Assembly (NCBI GenBank): GCA_963693365.1
Contig: CAVNZM010000001.1
Location: forward strand, 10,380,161-10,444,160
Reading direction: 5' to 3'
Source: Amoebidium appalachense
Lineage: Eukaryota > Protista > Ichthyosporea
Length of the DNA stretch: 64,000 nt
The notes under the pieces are model-generated. The model had not been told where the DNA came from. It worked only from the letters and a program-made list of their open reading frames with translations, and did no database searches. Below, piece by piece: positions 1-56,763 of this stretch; within the stretch, counting starts at the first letter, position 1; each line of letters starts with the position of its first letter. A program made the position numbers and the translations under genes.

Positions 1-575
1 GCCTACATATGCACCACAAACACTCCTATTCTGCCCCATGCCCCTTTCCATGTGCAAAGTTTGCTTTGTTTGCTCGAACGGGCACACCCTTTCTGTGACA
101 GCCACCTCACTCGGAGCACTATCATACCCTCAGCATTGCCTTCACCTCCGAAAAGACCCCCCCCCTCCCCCCTCTCCCCCTCCCCCCCTCCCCCCTCCTC
201 CTCCCCTTTCCTCCCCCCACCCCCGACGTGTCATTATTGCCGTTTCCTTGCTGTAGCATATCACGAACTGAAATAAGAAAGAAGGGCGAAATCCACAAAA
301 CAAGAGAAATATAGGAAAGCAGGTATGGTAGAGAAGAAAAAACAAGCCCCCCGGTGTGCCCCCACGGCCGTTCCTTTCCTTCCTTAAGCCTATCACGAAT
401 AGAAATACGAAAGAAAGGAGGGCATATTCACAAATTCCAGGAGCGCAACTTCCACAAATTCACGGAAAAAAAGCCAAGAAGGCAGTCAAACCAGAGACAA
501 CCCCCCCCCCCCCCCCCCAAAAAAAAACAAAAAAACAAAAAAAACAAAAAAAACAAAAACAAAAAAAAAATAGAC

Positions 576-6224
<5,649 letters not shown>

Positions 6225-8023
6225 TTTCGCGTGTGTTTTAGCACGAAGCGTGTCCTTCTTTCTAACTAAAAAGTAGTTCTACCCCTAGTAGACCTCAAGC
6301 AAGCAGGGACTCATGAACTTGATTGAAAACACAGAAAATCTTACACGTCTTATGCGGCTACAAGCAGATTTGCTCCGAAGTTTTTGACCAGGAAAAAAAG
6401 ACCCACACACTATACCAGTCACCTCTTTTCTTTTCCTTCTTTATAAAGCCCTACTTCTCTTTCTTTTCCTCGCTTCGTTTTTATTCCTTTGCACCCTCTT
6501 GGCTGTCTTACACTAGTGACGTGTTTTCTGACTTGGACCCGGCCATATATGGCAGTCATAAGAAACAAAACAGGGCTGAGAATCGTTTTAACCATCAGGA
6601 ATTTTGATTCCCGGAAAATGCACGCTAATTAGCTTTTGTGGTTTCCGTAGTGAAAATCTACCCGATGACAATCGGTGTATTTATGAACGTATTACAAGCA
6701 AATCACGTGCATTATTTTGACTCTCGCACGTCACTTACTACAGAAGTCAAGCTTTTGAGACACAAGACCTTGATAAACGTAGTACAGTTGTACAGCATAC
6801 ATACGCCATTGACAAGACTAAGGGGCTTTAGAAAAGAGAACAAATACGCGGGTAGTTGCCATCAAACGGTAGCTCTTGATAGCCCTGTAGAAAGCAACAC
6901 TGTGGTTGGCTGGCTGCGCACCGCTGGAATGTATCTCCACATTCCTTTCCTAACCCCGGGAGCTCGGTCCAACTGAGTCCATTTTTTGTGAGTTTTGTGT
7001 CACTTGCCACGCAGGTGGAGGCATATTCACTCACACTTGGAGTAAATATAATTTCACCTATTAGCTCAGTTAAAAGAGCCTCCACTGGGCAACCACTGTT
7101 GGTTGTACAATGTACAGTACACAAATTCACGCATGTGCCGCAGATCACTGCTGCCCGCGCGTGGGCCGCCATGGCCATGATATGTAGCGGCGCAGCCGAG
7201 CCGGTGCTTCAGCCTTCATCTAGATCCTTACCCAATCGGTCATAATCTACACCAGATATCACAGATACACCAATGGAAGCCCAGATTTCAGAAAGATGTG
7301 ATAAGAAGAGACACGAAGTAGACGGAGCTTATGGCATAGTGTAGAACTGAAGTGGGTAAGGAGAGACATGAAGTAGACGGAGCTTATGGCATAGTGTAGA
7401 ACTGAAGGCAAAATGCCTGTCGGTTCGTCTTTTATGTTCGTGACCGGGAGGATCGAGTGTACAACTCTTGGCACACACAGGCATCGGATCAAGATCGCCT
7501 GACCGTGATCTAAATAATAGATGACTGATGACTGCCGGATATATGGTCTATCTCTCAACTATCTCTAAGCAGGTATATCTGCATCACAAAGATCGAACCG
7601 ACCGATTGGCTATCCCCGTTGGTAACGCCACGGCGGGAACAACACAGTTGCTATCGCGCCTGTGTGTGTGCATACGCGTTCTGCAGTTTTCACTGTCGAG
7701 TGACCAAATATTTTAGACATTCCTCGCAGCTCTGTTTTAGCAAAGAGTTCAGTTTATGGTAAAGCTGTGTGCTCGGGGCATAGGAAAGGGTAGCGTTTTC
7801 CCCGAAAAGCAGACAATTCATGGACTTTGAAGACCATGATATGCCTTCCCATGGCGGTGTTTGCGTAGTGGTTAGATCTCGGTGGTGACACCCTACATAA
7901 CGGGTCTAGGTTGGAACCATAGTGGACAAATGTCTTGTAAAAGGCGGGAAAATTAATATCAAAAATAGGAAATAATAGCCGACAGGGAGAAGCTGCCGCT
8001 GTGGCTGTTTGGGCAGAAAAAGC
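6225..8023. promoter_or_regulatory. Divergent (head-to-head) intergenic/promoter region between ERK and the GT8-TTL gene
   Basis: Lies between ATG 6224 (-) and ATG 8024 (+). It is almost free of microsatellite, unlike the introns, and has CCAAT/ATTGG motifs near 7232, 7270 and 7605. The promoter function is inferred from position. Confidence 0.5.
7308..7407. repeat. ~45-bp direct repeat x2
   Basis: gagaca(c/t)gaagtagacggagcttatggcatagtgtagaactgaag occurs twice, separated by ~10 bp. Confidence 0.85.
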
Positions 8024-29219
<21,196 letters not shown>

Positions 29220-29808
29220 TGAGCAAGCAGTAGAGCACCACCACCCCCGTCCATTTTGGGCATGTATGGATACATATTTGCTACTTTAAGGTTTATATCT
29301 TTCCTTTCCCGATTATGACATAATTCAACTTGGAGCATGACGTCAAAGAGGGTTATTTTGACGTCTTTGATGATGTTATCTCTTCTTGGACAATTTGCGC
29401 TGTTATGATGGCCATGTGTGTGATTGGTTTTTACCATATTCCTACTTTTTTTATTGTTTTATAATTTATAGAATGATCGGTTTAGGCAACGCTGCACATG
29501 GTGAAAAAATTGCGTCATGCAGCATATGGTCGAAAAAAGCTTACATAGTCGTTAGACCTAAGACAAAACAACTTCTTTCTGTAACTTGTGGCCTGTGGGG
29601 CAGGACCCCGAGTGTGTATACGGACGGACTGTGCCATGATGTGTTTAGAAAATTTACCAGCGGGTCTGGCATGCTTCTTAACCGGTTTTTGTATCCATGC
29701 ATGGTTTGGACAGCTCTAATTTTTCTACATTTGCTTTGGTCATATGCTTAGGGGTGTGTGTGTGTGTGTGTGTGTTGGGTGGGTGAGTGGGGTGGGTGAG
29801 TGGGTCAG

Positions 29809-29851
<43 letters not shown>

Positions 29852-31563
29852 CAGATTGTGGTACTGTCCCGCGGCGCGGAGAGCAAACAAAACAACCAAA
29901 CAATAATTGTTATGGCCATGCCCAATGGCGAACCACAATATTTCAACATAAATTCGAACCCATATCCGATACTACATATAACATTTGCGTTTTGCAGAAT
30001 TAGTCTGTAAAATACCCCTGATTTTACTGATTCAGAATAATTCTGCTCTTGCTGTATAATTCTTCTTTTGCCAGAATTTATCTATTTGTGTGTGTGTGTG
30101 TGAAGTGATCTAAGAATAAAAAGGTGTTGTTCAGAGGCTAGGAGGTCAAAGCTCTCGATGTTCGTGTCATACGCCACAGCACCTTACACCGCACTGAGGG
30201 GCAATGAAGGAGTTTAAAGAGCTGCAAACTATGCAAGCTCACAATCTGGGATGCCACCCAGCCAACCCAGATCTGTGTGCCGACTGGTAATATGAGGTGT
30301 CGGAATACGTTCTCGGATTGCCCATATAAGGAAATTCAAAAGAATCGTTTACGCGAAAGGGAGCCCCTACGTGATTGTGGGAAGCATTACTATTGGACTA
30401 GACTAATGAGACTAGGTCTGGCCGTCCGGTGTGCCGGTCACTGCTCACTCCCGAGTTGGTGTAATAAGAAGAAAAGGACTTTTGGTGTGGCAGGTGCGAA
30501 GTTTACCCACGTGCACATGTACAGACGATTCGGTAAGGTTACACACTCAAAGTTGAGCAAGCACACATAGTTAAAATTTAGGTAGCACCTTTGCACATCA
30601 TGCCTTGTGCCCAAGTCGTACCCGTATTCAACGTATTGATAACTTGCACATTCCAAAATCCGAAGTATTCGTGTTTCGGCACGTATGGCTATACATACAC
30701 ACATTGTACGCACCTGGCACATGTCATATATTTTCCCTGAACCCTGGCCCTGGTATGCACGACGTCGTAGTCACGTACATTTGTTATTGGGGAAAAAAAC
30801 GCACTAAACCAGAAATAAAAAAATATATCCATTCCGAATGGCTCACAAGGCCTGTGATATAAGGAGCCATTGCTGGCTCATGAACCAACTGGTGCAACCA
30901 TCCCCATCTCCCCTCCACCCTCCACCCCCCCCTCCTTGCCCCACCCCCCCTCCTTGCCCCCTTCCTCCCTCCGTCTACCACGAACAACCCCAACCCATGC
31001 TATGGCCGCACGTATTTTCTTCTTCCTTTCTTTCCATGCCTTCTGCTCCGAGGAAACAAATCCAAAAAGTATAGCCAAAAGAAAAAGGAACCAACCTAAC
31101 CACCAACCCCCCTCCCCCCCCCCCCCCCCCCCTCCCCCCCAACCAAAAAAGAAAATAAATAAATAAATAAAATAACGAATAATAACAACAACAATAATAA
31201 AAGAAGTTGCGTACCCTTTCTTTTCCTATTCCGGCCACTTTCTTTTCATTTTTTTTTTTTATCTTTTCCCACACCACCCTTGACACACCACCCTTGACCA
31301 ACACCATGTTTGTTAAGCAACAGGGATGCAAAGAATAAACAAAAGGTGTGTATCTGGGTGGGTGGGTGAGTGGTTAATTCAAGGGAATTTTTTTTCTGCT
31401 TTTTGACGATAACACTCGTTCCCTTCCATTCCCATGCCCACCCACACGTGGTCTGCGTCACATCTAAACCGACCACGCGCACACACACTCACACGCACGC
31501 ACACACACACACACGCACACACACGCGCGCAGACACACACGTGCGCGCACACACACACGTGCG

Positions 31564-31602
<39 letters not shown>

Positions 31603-31612
31603 ACACACACAC

Positions 31613-31667
<55 letters not shown>

Positions 31668-33360
31668 TTCCCCAACATCCCTTACACCAAATGCACACCG
31701 GGTATCCCTGTGTTCATCGAGAATGCCTCTACCTTTCTATAAGCTCTATTCCGCAGATACAAAGCTGCTTCTTGGTGAAATTGATGCACAAATCTGTGTG
31801 TGTGTGTGTTTGTGTGTATGTGTGTGTGTGTGTTTGTGTGTTTGTGTGCGCGGGCGCGTTGTGTGTGCTATTGTGTATGTATGTGCCTTTCCTTGGCCAT
31901 GCACATATGCCTGTGGCTGTCAACAGTTTACTTAAAACTTTTTTGTTGTGCGTCCTATGAGGGAGAATGGGGGACGAATAGGGAAGGGGGGAGAGGGGGG
32001 GCGCGGGGGGGGGGGGGGGGGGGGGGGGGACGCTATTTTCCACCATAGAAGTCCCTGTTTCCGCAGTTGAAAATCTTGTTTTACGATTGAAATTGTTTTT
32101 TTTTCTTCTTTTGACTGGATTTATTCGACGGAAAGATATGCAAGTATGCACGGCATACTGAGAAGACAATAAAAACGTCACGAGTTATCCAGTAACAAGT
32201 GCATACTGAGATACCTGCAGCTGAACACTGTTTGAAAATCATATAAATACTCAATGTGACGACCAACAGAATTCAACAAAAAGTCTAAAGTGTTCACATT
32301 GCCAGCTAGTGTAGCAGACACCCGTAGGGAAAGAGGTAAAACGCGACATAAAAACTGACACCTATCAACATGCTTGCGATTAAAAAGTTCAGCACAAAAG
32401 TGGCACCAGCGGCGATGAAAACAAGAATTACAGCGCCACTACACAACTTCCCAGGCAATATCAACATCAGAGCACCATACAGACTTATCTACTGGGGTGG
32501 TATCCATACGTACAGCAGGAGAAATGTATCCTGCCAAACAAAAAGCGATAATGATCAGTACGGTGTTGCCTAAGGAACATAACACATGCCGACTGAGTTT
32601 TACCTTTGATTTCTCTATCAGAACGAGAACTTGAAGAAACTTATACTGCGTATGGTAATAACGCGAAAAGGCAGAAAAAACAGGAAGAGAAAAGAAAGAG
32701 GGAGTGAGATAGCGAGAGGAAGAATCAGGTTGAAAGAGGGTAAGCTGAGGACATTCAGAAGTAGCGTTGGTGAATCGGGGGGGAAGAGGGATGGAGGGAG
32801 GGGGGGGAAAGAAAGCATAAAGAGGGTGACCATCAGGTATCCTAACTAAATGAAAACAAAAACGAAGAGACAATTCCTCCATACGACAAACAGCAGTCGA
32901 CAATCCAAACATACTGATTAAGGGAGGCACAAACCGAGTGAAATTGCGATCCCGACCATTGATTTTCCTGCAGGCCACTTCTTGGTGTGTGCCACCTGGA
33001 CCGGGCAACCGAAATCACTACTGAGCGATACGGGGCGGAAATTCATCGGTTGGGGTTACGGTAATACTTCTGTGGCTCCACACCCACAGCGACCACCGCC
33101 CAAACTACGATGCCGAATCGGTTCCTCGGTTAATGAAAAATACGATCGGATGTTTGGAAGTTTGGAACCCGGGCACCCCCCTGGGCAAAGCTCGATCCGG
33201 AAGAAAAGGTTCGAATTTCCCAAATGCAGGAGGGTGCACAGACCATTGCGTATGGCGGGAGGGAGAATTTCCGTCGGAGAGGGTCAAAGAGGAATGTGGA
33301 GGGGAGGCAGGTTGATGTGCCCGCAGGGATTAGCCCGAAACCCCACATCCTGAGGTCTGC

Positions 33361-33397
<37 letters not shown>

Positions 33398-33528
33398 ACA
33401 CACACACACCTCCCTCCCCCCCACCCCCATTCCCCCCTACTCCGAAATAAAAAAGATCCCACACACACGGGCTCACATATACGCGCAGGCACGCACACAC
33501 AGAGGCTCCCCCCCCCCCCACACCTCCC

Positions 33529-33630
<102 letters not shown>

Positions 33631-34003
33631 TATACATGTATGTTGCCAAGTTGAACACATGCACACACAACACCCAGCGCACAGGCAGCTCTCCCCGCCA
33701 TATCATTTTCCGCCTTCTTCCCCAATAATCTTGCCCTCGGGGTTGTGTTATCGATCATGTTCCGTGGGCTTCCTTTATGTGGGTGCGGCCTGACTCCAAA
33801 CAGTACTTGCATGCATCGCTAGCATCACGGAAGCACGCTAGTTCTCTCGTTTTGACGGAGGGGCTCGTGGGACCACCGTGTTGAGATGGACCCCTCCCCC
33901 TTCGTCCCCCTTCCCTCCCCTCCCCCCGGGCTCCGTCCGCCAGTGGGAAAGCACTTGATAGCGCAGGAATGTCTAGCAATGTGATTGCAAAGATGTTTTG
34001 GTG

Positions 34004-34051
<48 letters not shown>

Positions 34052-34064
34052 CATTTTTTGAATG

Positions 34065-34171
<107 letters not shown>

Positions 34172-35506
34172 GTGTGTGTGTGTGTGTGTGGTGGTGGTGG
34201 TGAGGGGGGGGGACTGTAATGAATTTTGTTTGCATGTTTTAATGTGCCTAAAGTAGCTGTGCGGGCACTGAGTCGTGGAATGTAGGTGACTGTTGAAGGG
34301 GGGCCGGGGGGGGGGGGGGGGGGGGGGGGATGTTCTTATGGGTGTGGGCCTGTGCGAATGTGTGTGATGTCATCTGCTGTCTTTTCGGTGTCCTTCAATG
34401 GGGGGTTGTGGTACAGCCTTCTCCGGTAAATTTGCTAACCGAAAAACGGTTGTACAGGATGTCACCGATGACGATGAACGGGTCACAACGAAGGAGGGTC
34501 TCCCCAAGAAAAGATCAACCGAACTGATTGGTGGAGAATCACGGCTCCTTCAGCCAAGATTTGCACGTGTTACGAAAAAATCAGGCAACGGTTGTAGAGT
34601 TAACTAGAATGAAAAAATGTATGCCAGGGGTCGAATTATTATCAAAAATATGGGCATTGAATGAATCTATATAAAACCTTGGTCCTGCTTTTTTTTTATT
34701 GTTTTATGAAAACTTTTTTGCTTGCGCGCGCCAAAACTTCCCGCCAAAATTTCCATATATGGCTAATCGTTCATATGCACGATTAATTAGTTGACGCATT
34801 TTTTGAGATTGCGGTATTCCTACTTTTTTGTTTTGTTTTATAAATTGTTGAGTGATGGTATGTAAGTGATAAGCTATATAGGTAGAAATAACAGTGTTCA
34901 GTAAGAGGTTTAGTCGTAGAGGTGTATAGTAGAATAGAGTCGTTCTGTGCACACATGTTGTTTTTATTGACTCTTGCCTTCGCATACGCACGCACATACA
35001 CAAACACACACACACACACACACACACGCGCGCGCGCACGCGCACACGCACGCGCACACGCACACGCACACGCACACGCACACGCACACGCACACGCACA
35101 CGCACACACACACGCAACACGCACACGCATACACACACGCACACCGCACACGCACGCACACATGTACACGCAATCGCACAAACAAGTACGCGCCCACAAT
35201 GTCCTTGTGTTTGGGGCGATTTGTTTGTGCGCACGTGATGTGCACATACCATAATCTTGCACATGCAAGCCAGTCACCCCTCAAATGCCACAGGTGTAGT
35301 CAGTCACCATGACAAGTGAAATGGGTAACTGACATATAAAAGATTTTTAATTCGTTTTTCAAATACATATTTCAACATTAAACCTTAAACCATCCTACGG
35401 GCCTGGGCAGCCTAAGCAGACTTCCATCTATATAGGTTCTGGCATAGAAAAATCCGGAGACAACGATCCACAAAAAACGAAGAAAGCCGAGCTCAAACCT
35501 CAAACC

Positions 35507-35553
<47 letters not shown>

Positions 35554-35624
35554 CCTGTCCGCCCCTCCCACCCGCCCGCCCGCCCGCCCTCCCCACCCCT
35601 CGTGTGTGTCCTGTTTACGTGCAG

Positions 35625-36747
35625 TCAGAGTTCCTCCCCCGTGCACGTGCGCAAGTGCTTATTTGCTTTAGTGCGTTGGATAAACCTCTTTGAGCAGCCG
35701 GGGTGTTAACATTCGTACGGTTTCTCGCCGGTGTGTTTGCGCATATGCACTGTAAGGTTTGATTTATCTGCAAACCGTTTAGTGCACCCAGGGTATGTGC
35801 AAGGGTGTGGCTTCTCTTCCGTGTGTATGCGCATATGCATACTAAGATCACTTTTCTGGGCAAAACTCTTGAAACAGCCGGGGTATTCAGATTTATAGGG
35901 TTTCTCTCCCGTGTGTTTGCGCATGTGCACCACATGGTTGCCTTTACTGGCAAACCTCTTTGAGCAGCCGGGGTGTGCACATTGGTATAGCCTCTCTCCT
36001 GTGTGTGTGCGTTGATGTTGGCTCAGTGTGCCACTAGTGGGCAGAGTTAGCCCCACAACCAGGGTAGGGGCACGAATGCGGTCTCTCTCCGGTCTGTGTG
36101 CGCAGGTGCCGTTTAAGGTTACCTTGTTGTGCAGAAGACCAGTCGCAACCGTCAAATGGGCACTTGTACTTTCTCTCCCCTGTGTGTGTATAGATGTGCC
36201 TTTGTAGTTTGCTTCGGTCGCCAAACCTCGTGTACACAAACATAGGGCCTCTCTCCCGTGTGTGAGCGCACATGTCTTCCCAGATTAGAGCTTCGTGCAA
36301 AGCGTGCACCACACCCAGGGTCAGAGCACACATATGGCCTTTCTCCCGTATGTGTCCACTCGTGTCTAAGCAGTCGCGACTGTGGGGAGTGGTGTATCCA
36401 CAGCCGTATTTGCACGCCAGGACACGCTGTGTCTTCTCTGTAACTCCCCCGTCCACATCCATCACCTCCCTTCCCTCTTCACCCTCACCCTCGTCACTTT
36501 CTCGCCCAGCCCGCTCTCTGTCCGTTTCGTTCGTACGTGTCCTCCGTGTTCTGGTTTTGGCTATCTCCCTCAAGTCCCTTCTTTCCTCACGCTCAGTTTC
36601 AACCGTGCGCACCCACGCCTCTTCTCCCACCCCCGCCTCGTCTTTCAGCACGTGCACCACGTGGTCGCCCTTCGCCTGTGCCCGTGTCTTCCAGCTACCT
36701 GCGTCCGAGCGAGTGGCCGATATTGTTCGGGTGGTTGGGGAAGCCAT
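35625..36747 (-). pseudogene. Intronless C2H2 zinc-finger array (~9-10 fingers, TGE(R/K)P linkers), disabled
   Basis: Fingers such as [52 protein letters not shown] and CAHPGCSKRFASKGNHVVHMRKH are spread over three frames. There are at least three frameshifts, in-frame stops (after ANSAH and after PYEC) and lost ligands (KSEYPGC, RTQTGE). Confidence 0.88.
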
Positions 36748-37611
36748 CTTTGAGCTCTGGGTTGGGGAGATGGTGTGTGTGCGTGCTGAAGAGAAGAAAA
36801 GTAAAAACTATACAACGCCTATGAATTGGAAATCGGAAAACGCAGAAGGAGCGTAATTCTGTCTAAACAACTATTCGTGTGTGCACGTGTAACAAACTGA
36901 CTAATGAGAATCTCACGTACTGTCCCCCGCTGAAGAAGGCTTGACTCAGCTCTCGACGGGTTCGTCAGCGTCACGGAATGCGCAGCTGCTTAATTTGGAA
37001 TTAAGAGCCACACATGATTGGTGAATATATTGAATAGATCTGCGCGCGGTCACCTCGGTATCACGAGGGCCAGTGATGCCTGTGCCATCCTCGCATACTG
37101 TTCACATCTGCTTCGTCGCAAGATCATGTTTATTTTTGTTTCGGTTTTGATAAATAAACCACAAGAACTACAATTAAGGAAAACGTGTATCCACGACATA
37201 AACATTTAAAAAATCTACCAAGACTGCCAGTGTGTGTGCGTGTGCGTGGGTGTGTGCGGTGAGCTATTTAGGAGGCCTTGGTGTGCGCATGCGTTCGTGC
37301 ATGCATGCGCGCGCGACATGCGCGCGCGCGCGTGTGCGTGCGTGCGTGTGTGCATGTGTACGTGTGTGCGTGTGTGCGTATGTGCATGTGCGTGCATGTG
37401 CGTGTGTGTGTATGTGTGTGCGTGTATGTGTGTGCGTGTGCTTGTGTGTGTGTGTACATGCATATGGTGTGTGTGTGCGTATGTGTGTGTGTGTACAGGT
37501 GCCTAAATAGATGCAGTTTACGGACAATGTACGTGCATGTGTGTAGGCCGATTGTGATTGCACACAAACAAGGACACACCATCTGTTTATTGCTGCCCGT
37601 TACGCCTGCAC

Positions 37612-37654
37612 ATGACCAAAAACAGTAACTGCGTCCTGCTCAATTGTGGACATA

Positions 37655-37693
<39 letters not shown>

Positions 37694-38854
37694 GGGGGTA
37701 GCCTAGACCAAAAGTGTACGTGTGGGTCGAGGCCCACAACCTTGTGAGTTTCATTCCCCCCAGGAAGGGTATAATGGGTAACCAAAAACAGTAACTACGT
37801 CCTGCTCAATTGTGGACATAATGGGGGGGGGGGGGAGGGGGTTGCCTAGAGCAAACGTGTGTGTGGTAGGTCGAAGCCCACCCATGGTGGTGTTCAAATT
37901 TCCTGGGAAGGATTTGATGGGTGACCAAAAACAGTAACTACGTCCTGCTCAATCGTGGACATCATTGGGGGGTGAAGGGGGGGAAGGGGGTAGCCTAGAG
38001 CGAACGTGTGTGTGGTAGGTCGAAGCCCACCCATTGTGGTGTTCAAATTTCCTGGGAAGGATTTAATGGGTGACCAAAAACAGTAACTACGTCCTGCCCA
38101 ATTGTGGACATTATTTGGGGGGGGGGGAGGAGGTAGCCTAGAGCAAAAGTGTGTGTGGTAGGTCGAAGCACACCCATGGTGGTGTTCACATTTCCTGGGA
38201 AGGATTAAATGGGTGACGAAAGACAGTAACTACGTCCTGCTCAATTGTGGACATCATTGGGGGGGGGGAGAGGGTAGCCTAGATCTAGAGCAAAAGTGTG
38301 TGTGGTAGGTCGAAGCCCACCATGGTGGTGTTCAAATTTCCTGGGAAGGATTTAATGGGTGACCAAAAACAGTCACTACGTCCTGCTCAGTTGTGGACAT
38401 AATTGGGGGGGGGGGGGGGGGGGGAGGGGGGGGGGGTAACCTAGACCAAAAGTGTATGTGTGGGTCGAAGCCCACCCCCTTGTGAGTTTTATTCCCCCCA
38501 GGAAGGGTACAATTGGGTGACCAAAAACAGTAACTACGTCCTGCTCAATTGTTGACATAATTGGGAGAGGGAGGGGGTAGCCTAGAGCAAAAGTGTGTGT
38601 GGTAGGTCGAAGCCCACCCATGGTGGTGTTCAGATTCCCTGGGAAGGACTTACATTTAATGGGTGACCAAAAACAGTAACTGCGTCCTGCTCAATTGTGG
38701 ACATAATTGGGGGGGGGGGGAAGGAGGAAGCCTAGAGCAAAATTGTGTGTGGTAGGTCGAAGCCCACCCATGGTGGTTTTCAAATTTCCTGGGAAGGGTA
38801 TAATGGGTGACCAAAAACAGTAACTAGTACGTCCTGCTAAATTGTGGACATAAG

Positions 38855-38894
<40 letters not shown>

Positions 38895-38910
38895 GGGATA
38901 ACCTAGACCA
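37612..38910. repeat. ~145-165-bp satellite, ~9 copies, two subtypes
   Basis: gaccaaaaacagtaactacgtcctgctcaattgtggacat-[polyG]-tagcctagagcaaaagtgtgtgtggtaggtcgaagcccacccatggtgg... starts near 37614, 37780, 37923, 38072, 38215, 38361, 38519, 38665 and 38809. Confidence 0.93.
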
Positions 38911-38911
38911 A

Positions 38912-39412
<501 letters not shown>

Positions 39413-39729
39413 GTCTGTGTGTGTGTGTGCGTGGGTGTGTTCGTGTTTTTATGCATTCTTGTGTGTGTGTGTGTGTGTGTGGTGTGTGTGTGTGTGTCTG
39501 TGTGAAAGTGTGAGTGTGAGTGTGCATGCACTGGGAATAGCGAGAGAGAGAGATAGAGAGGGGAGAGGAGAGGCGAGAGAGGGAGAGAGCCTGAGAAAGA
39601 GGCAGCGGATGGAGGAAGAGAGTAAAAGAGGGGGGGATGGTGGGGGGGGGGGGATGACAAGGCACGATGCAATAGTAAACAATGAAGGCTCCATTTCGTT
39701 TCTTTCAAAGGGTGGGCAATTTTGAGGTT

Positions 39730-39768
39730 TGTGTGAGAGATAGAGACTAGAGAGGAAGTCTATGAGTG

Positions 39769-39836
<68 letters not shown>

Positions 39837-40040
39837 TAGAGCCTAGAGTTGAAGTATGTGAGTGGGGAGAGAGAGAGATAGAGACTAGACAAGAGAGGGG
39901 AAAGAGAGAGATAGATGACGGGAGAGACAGATAGATAGAAAAAGAAAGAGACATGGAGAGAGAGAATATGTGTGTATACTATCGAGAGTAAGTGGGTGGG
40001 AAAGAGCGAGTACGAGACGGCAGAGCAACAGAACGACACA

Positions 40041-40085
<45 letters not shown>

Positions 40086-40118
40086 AGAGATAGAGACTAG
40101 AAAGGAAGTATATGAGTG

Positions 40119-40172
<54 letters not shown>

Positions 40173-40400
40173 AGAAGGACTAGAGATGAAGTATGTGAGT
40201 GGGGAAAAAGAGAGAGAGAGACTAGAGAAGAGAGGGGAAAGAGAGAGATAGATGACGGGAGAGACAGATAGATAGAAACAGAAAGAGACATAGAGAGAGA
40301 GAGAACATGGGTGTATGCTATCGACAGGAAGTAAGTGAATGGGGAATGGTGAATACGAGACGGCAGAACAACAGAACGACACACACACACACAGAGAGAG
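39730..40400. repeat. ~350-bp GA-rich tandem duplication
   Basis: gagatagagactaga..ggaagt.tatgagtggggaaa(ga)n...tagatgacgggagagacagatagatagaaa...tacgagacggcaga.caacagaacgacac occurs twice. Confidence 0.8.
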
Positions 40401-40486
40401 AGGACGTAAGCGATAGGGAAAGAGAGAACACGAGACGACAGAACGACAGAACGGCATAGGGGCGGGGGGGGGGGAGAGAGGGGGGG

Positions 40487-40563
<77 letters not shown>

Positions 40564-40629
40564 GAGTGTGCAGGCAGCCGAGCCCGATGCATCAGAGAGA
40601 TAGACCAAGCCCCACCTACGGGCGCACGC

Positions 40630-41220
40630 AAACACGCCACAGACGCCACACACCGACACCGACACCACAGTGACGCCACACACGACACACGACACACGAC
40701 ACACGACACACACACACACACACCGACACAGACGCCACACACGCCACACACGCAACACCACACCACACACGCAACACCACACCACACACACACACACACA
40801 CACGCAACACCACACGCACGCACACACGCAACACCACACCCCACACACGCAACACCACACCACACACGCAACACCACACCACACACGCACACACGACCCA
40901 CTACGCAACACCACACCACACACACACACACACACGCACGCGCACACGCAACACCACACCACACACACGCAACACCACACCACACACGCAACACCACACC
41001 ACACATGCACACTACGACACACACGCACACTACGACACACACGCAACACCACGCCACACACACACACGCACACACACGCAACACCACACCACACACGCAC
41101 GCACGCGCACACACGCAACACCACGACCCACTACGCCACACACGATCCACTACGCCACACACGACCCACTACGCAACACGCACACGCACACGCACACCAC
41201 CGCGCACGCACACACTCACC
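40630..41220. repeat. Degenerate CA-rich minisatellite (cacacgcaacaccacac)
   Basis: The unit recurs more than 10 times. Confidence 0.75.
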
Positions 41221-41888
41221 AACCACGTCAAATCCCATCCCACAACCATGCATCCCACCCAAGCTTGCCAAAGCGTCAAGGGGAAAACAAATCGGATCAT
41301 ATCATCTGTAGCACCTTGGTAGTCTGACATGTTGATGACGTCAGATCGACGGATTTCGGAGGCCTCGGCTGAAACGAACCCGACTAAACTTACTTCATAG
41401 CGTCTTTATTATAGACGCATTTTGGGTCAGGGTTTACATTACGGCCTCGAAATATCTTTTGTACAACAAATAAAAACCGTTCAATGAAACCATGTGGGGC
41501 ATTCAGTAGGTCTGAATGACCGGAAAACATATCACATTCACCCGTATTTGGGTTCGACACAATCAAGATGTTGGCCCTGGGCGTCCCTGGATTTTGGTGC
41601 GCTGCTGTGACAGCTGTGAAAGAATTCTTGACTTCACGTTTTCATTTTTACTTTCCTTTTCTCTTTCCTTTTCCACAGGGTTTCTGGGTGTCTACCCCAG
41701 AGTTCTGGGACCCTGTATGAAGAGGAAGCAGTTTTCTTTTCATTATTAGTGCCTTTAGGGAGGGGGATTTATAATACTAATATATAGGACTTACGTGCTC
41801 GATTCTCCCTATAACACCTTATGGTTACGTTTCCCTTTATCCTTCATTAAAAAGGCGTAGGTGTGCTGAAGATAAGACAAGCAAAAAC

Positions 41889-56763
<14,875 letters not shown>

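Noticed and set aside
7058-7110. tagctcagttaaaagagc resembling a tRNA D-arm
   Set aside because: No anticodon arm, T-arm or acceptor stem follows.
30120-30870. Complex-sequence block with 85-97-aa ORFs
   Set aside because: No recognisable motif in the frames I read and frequent stops.
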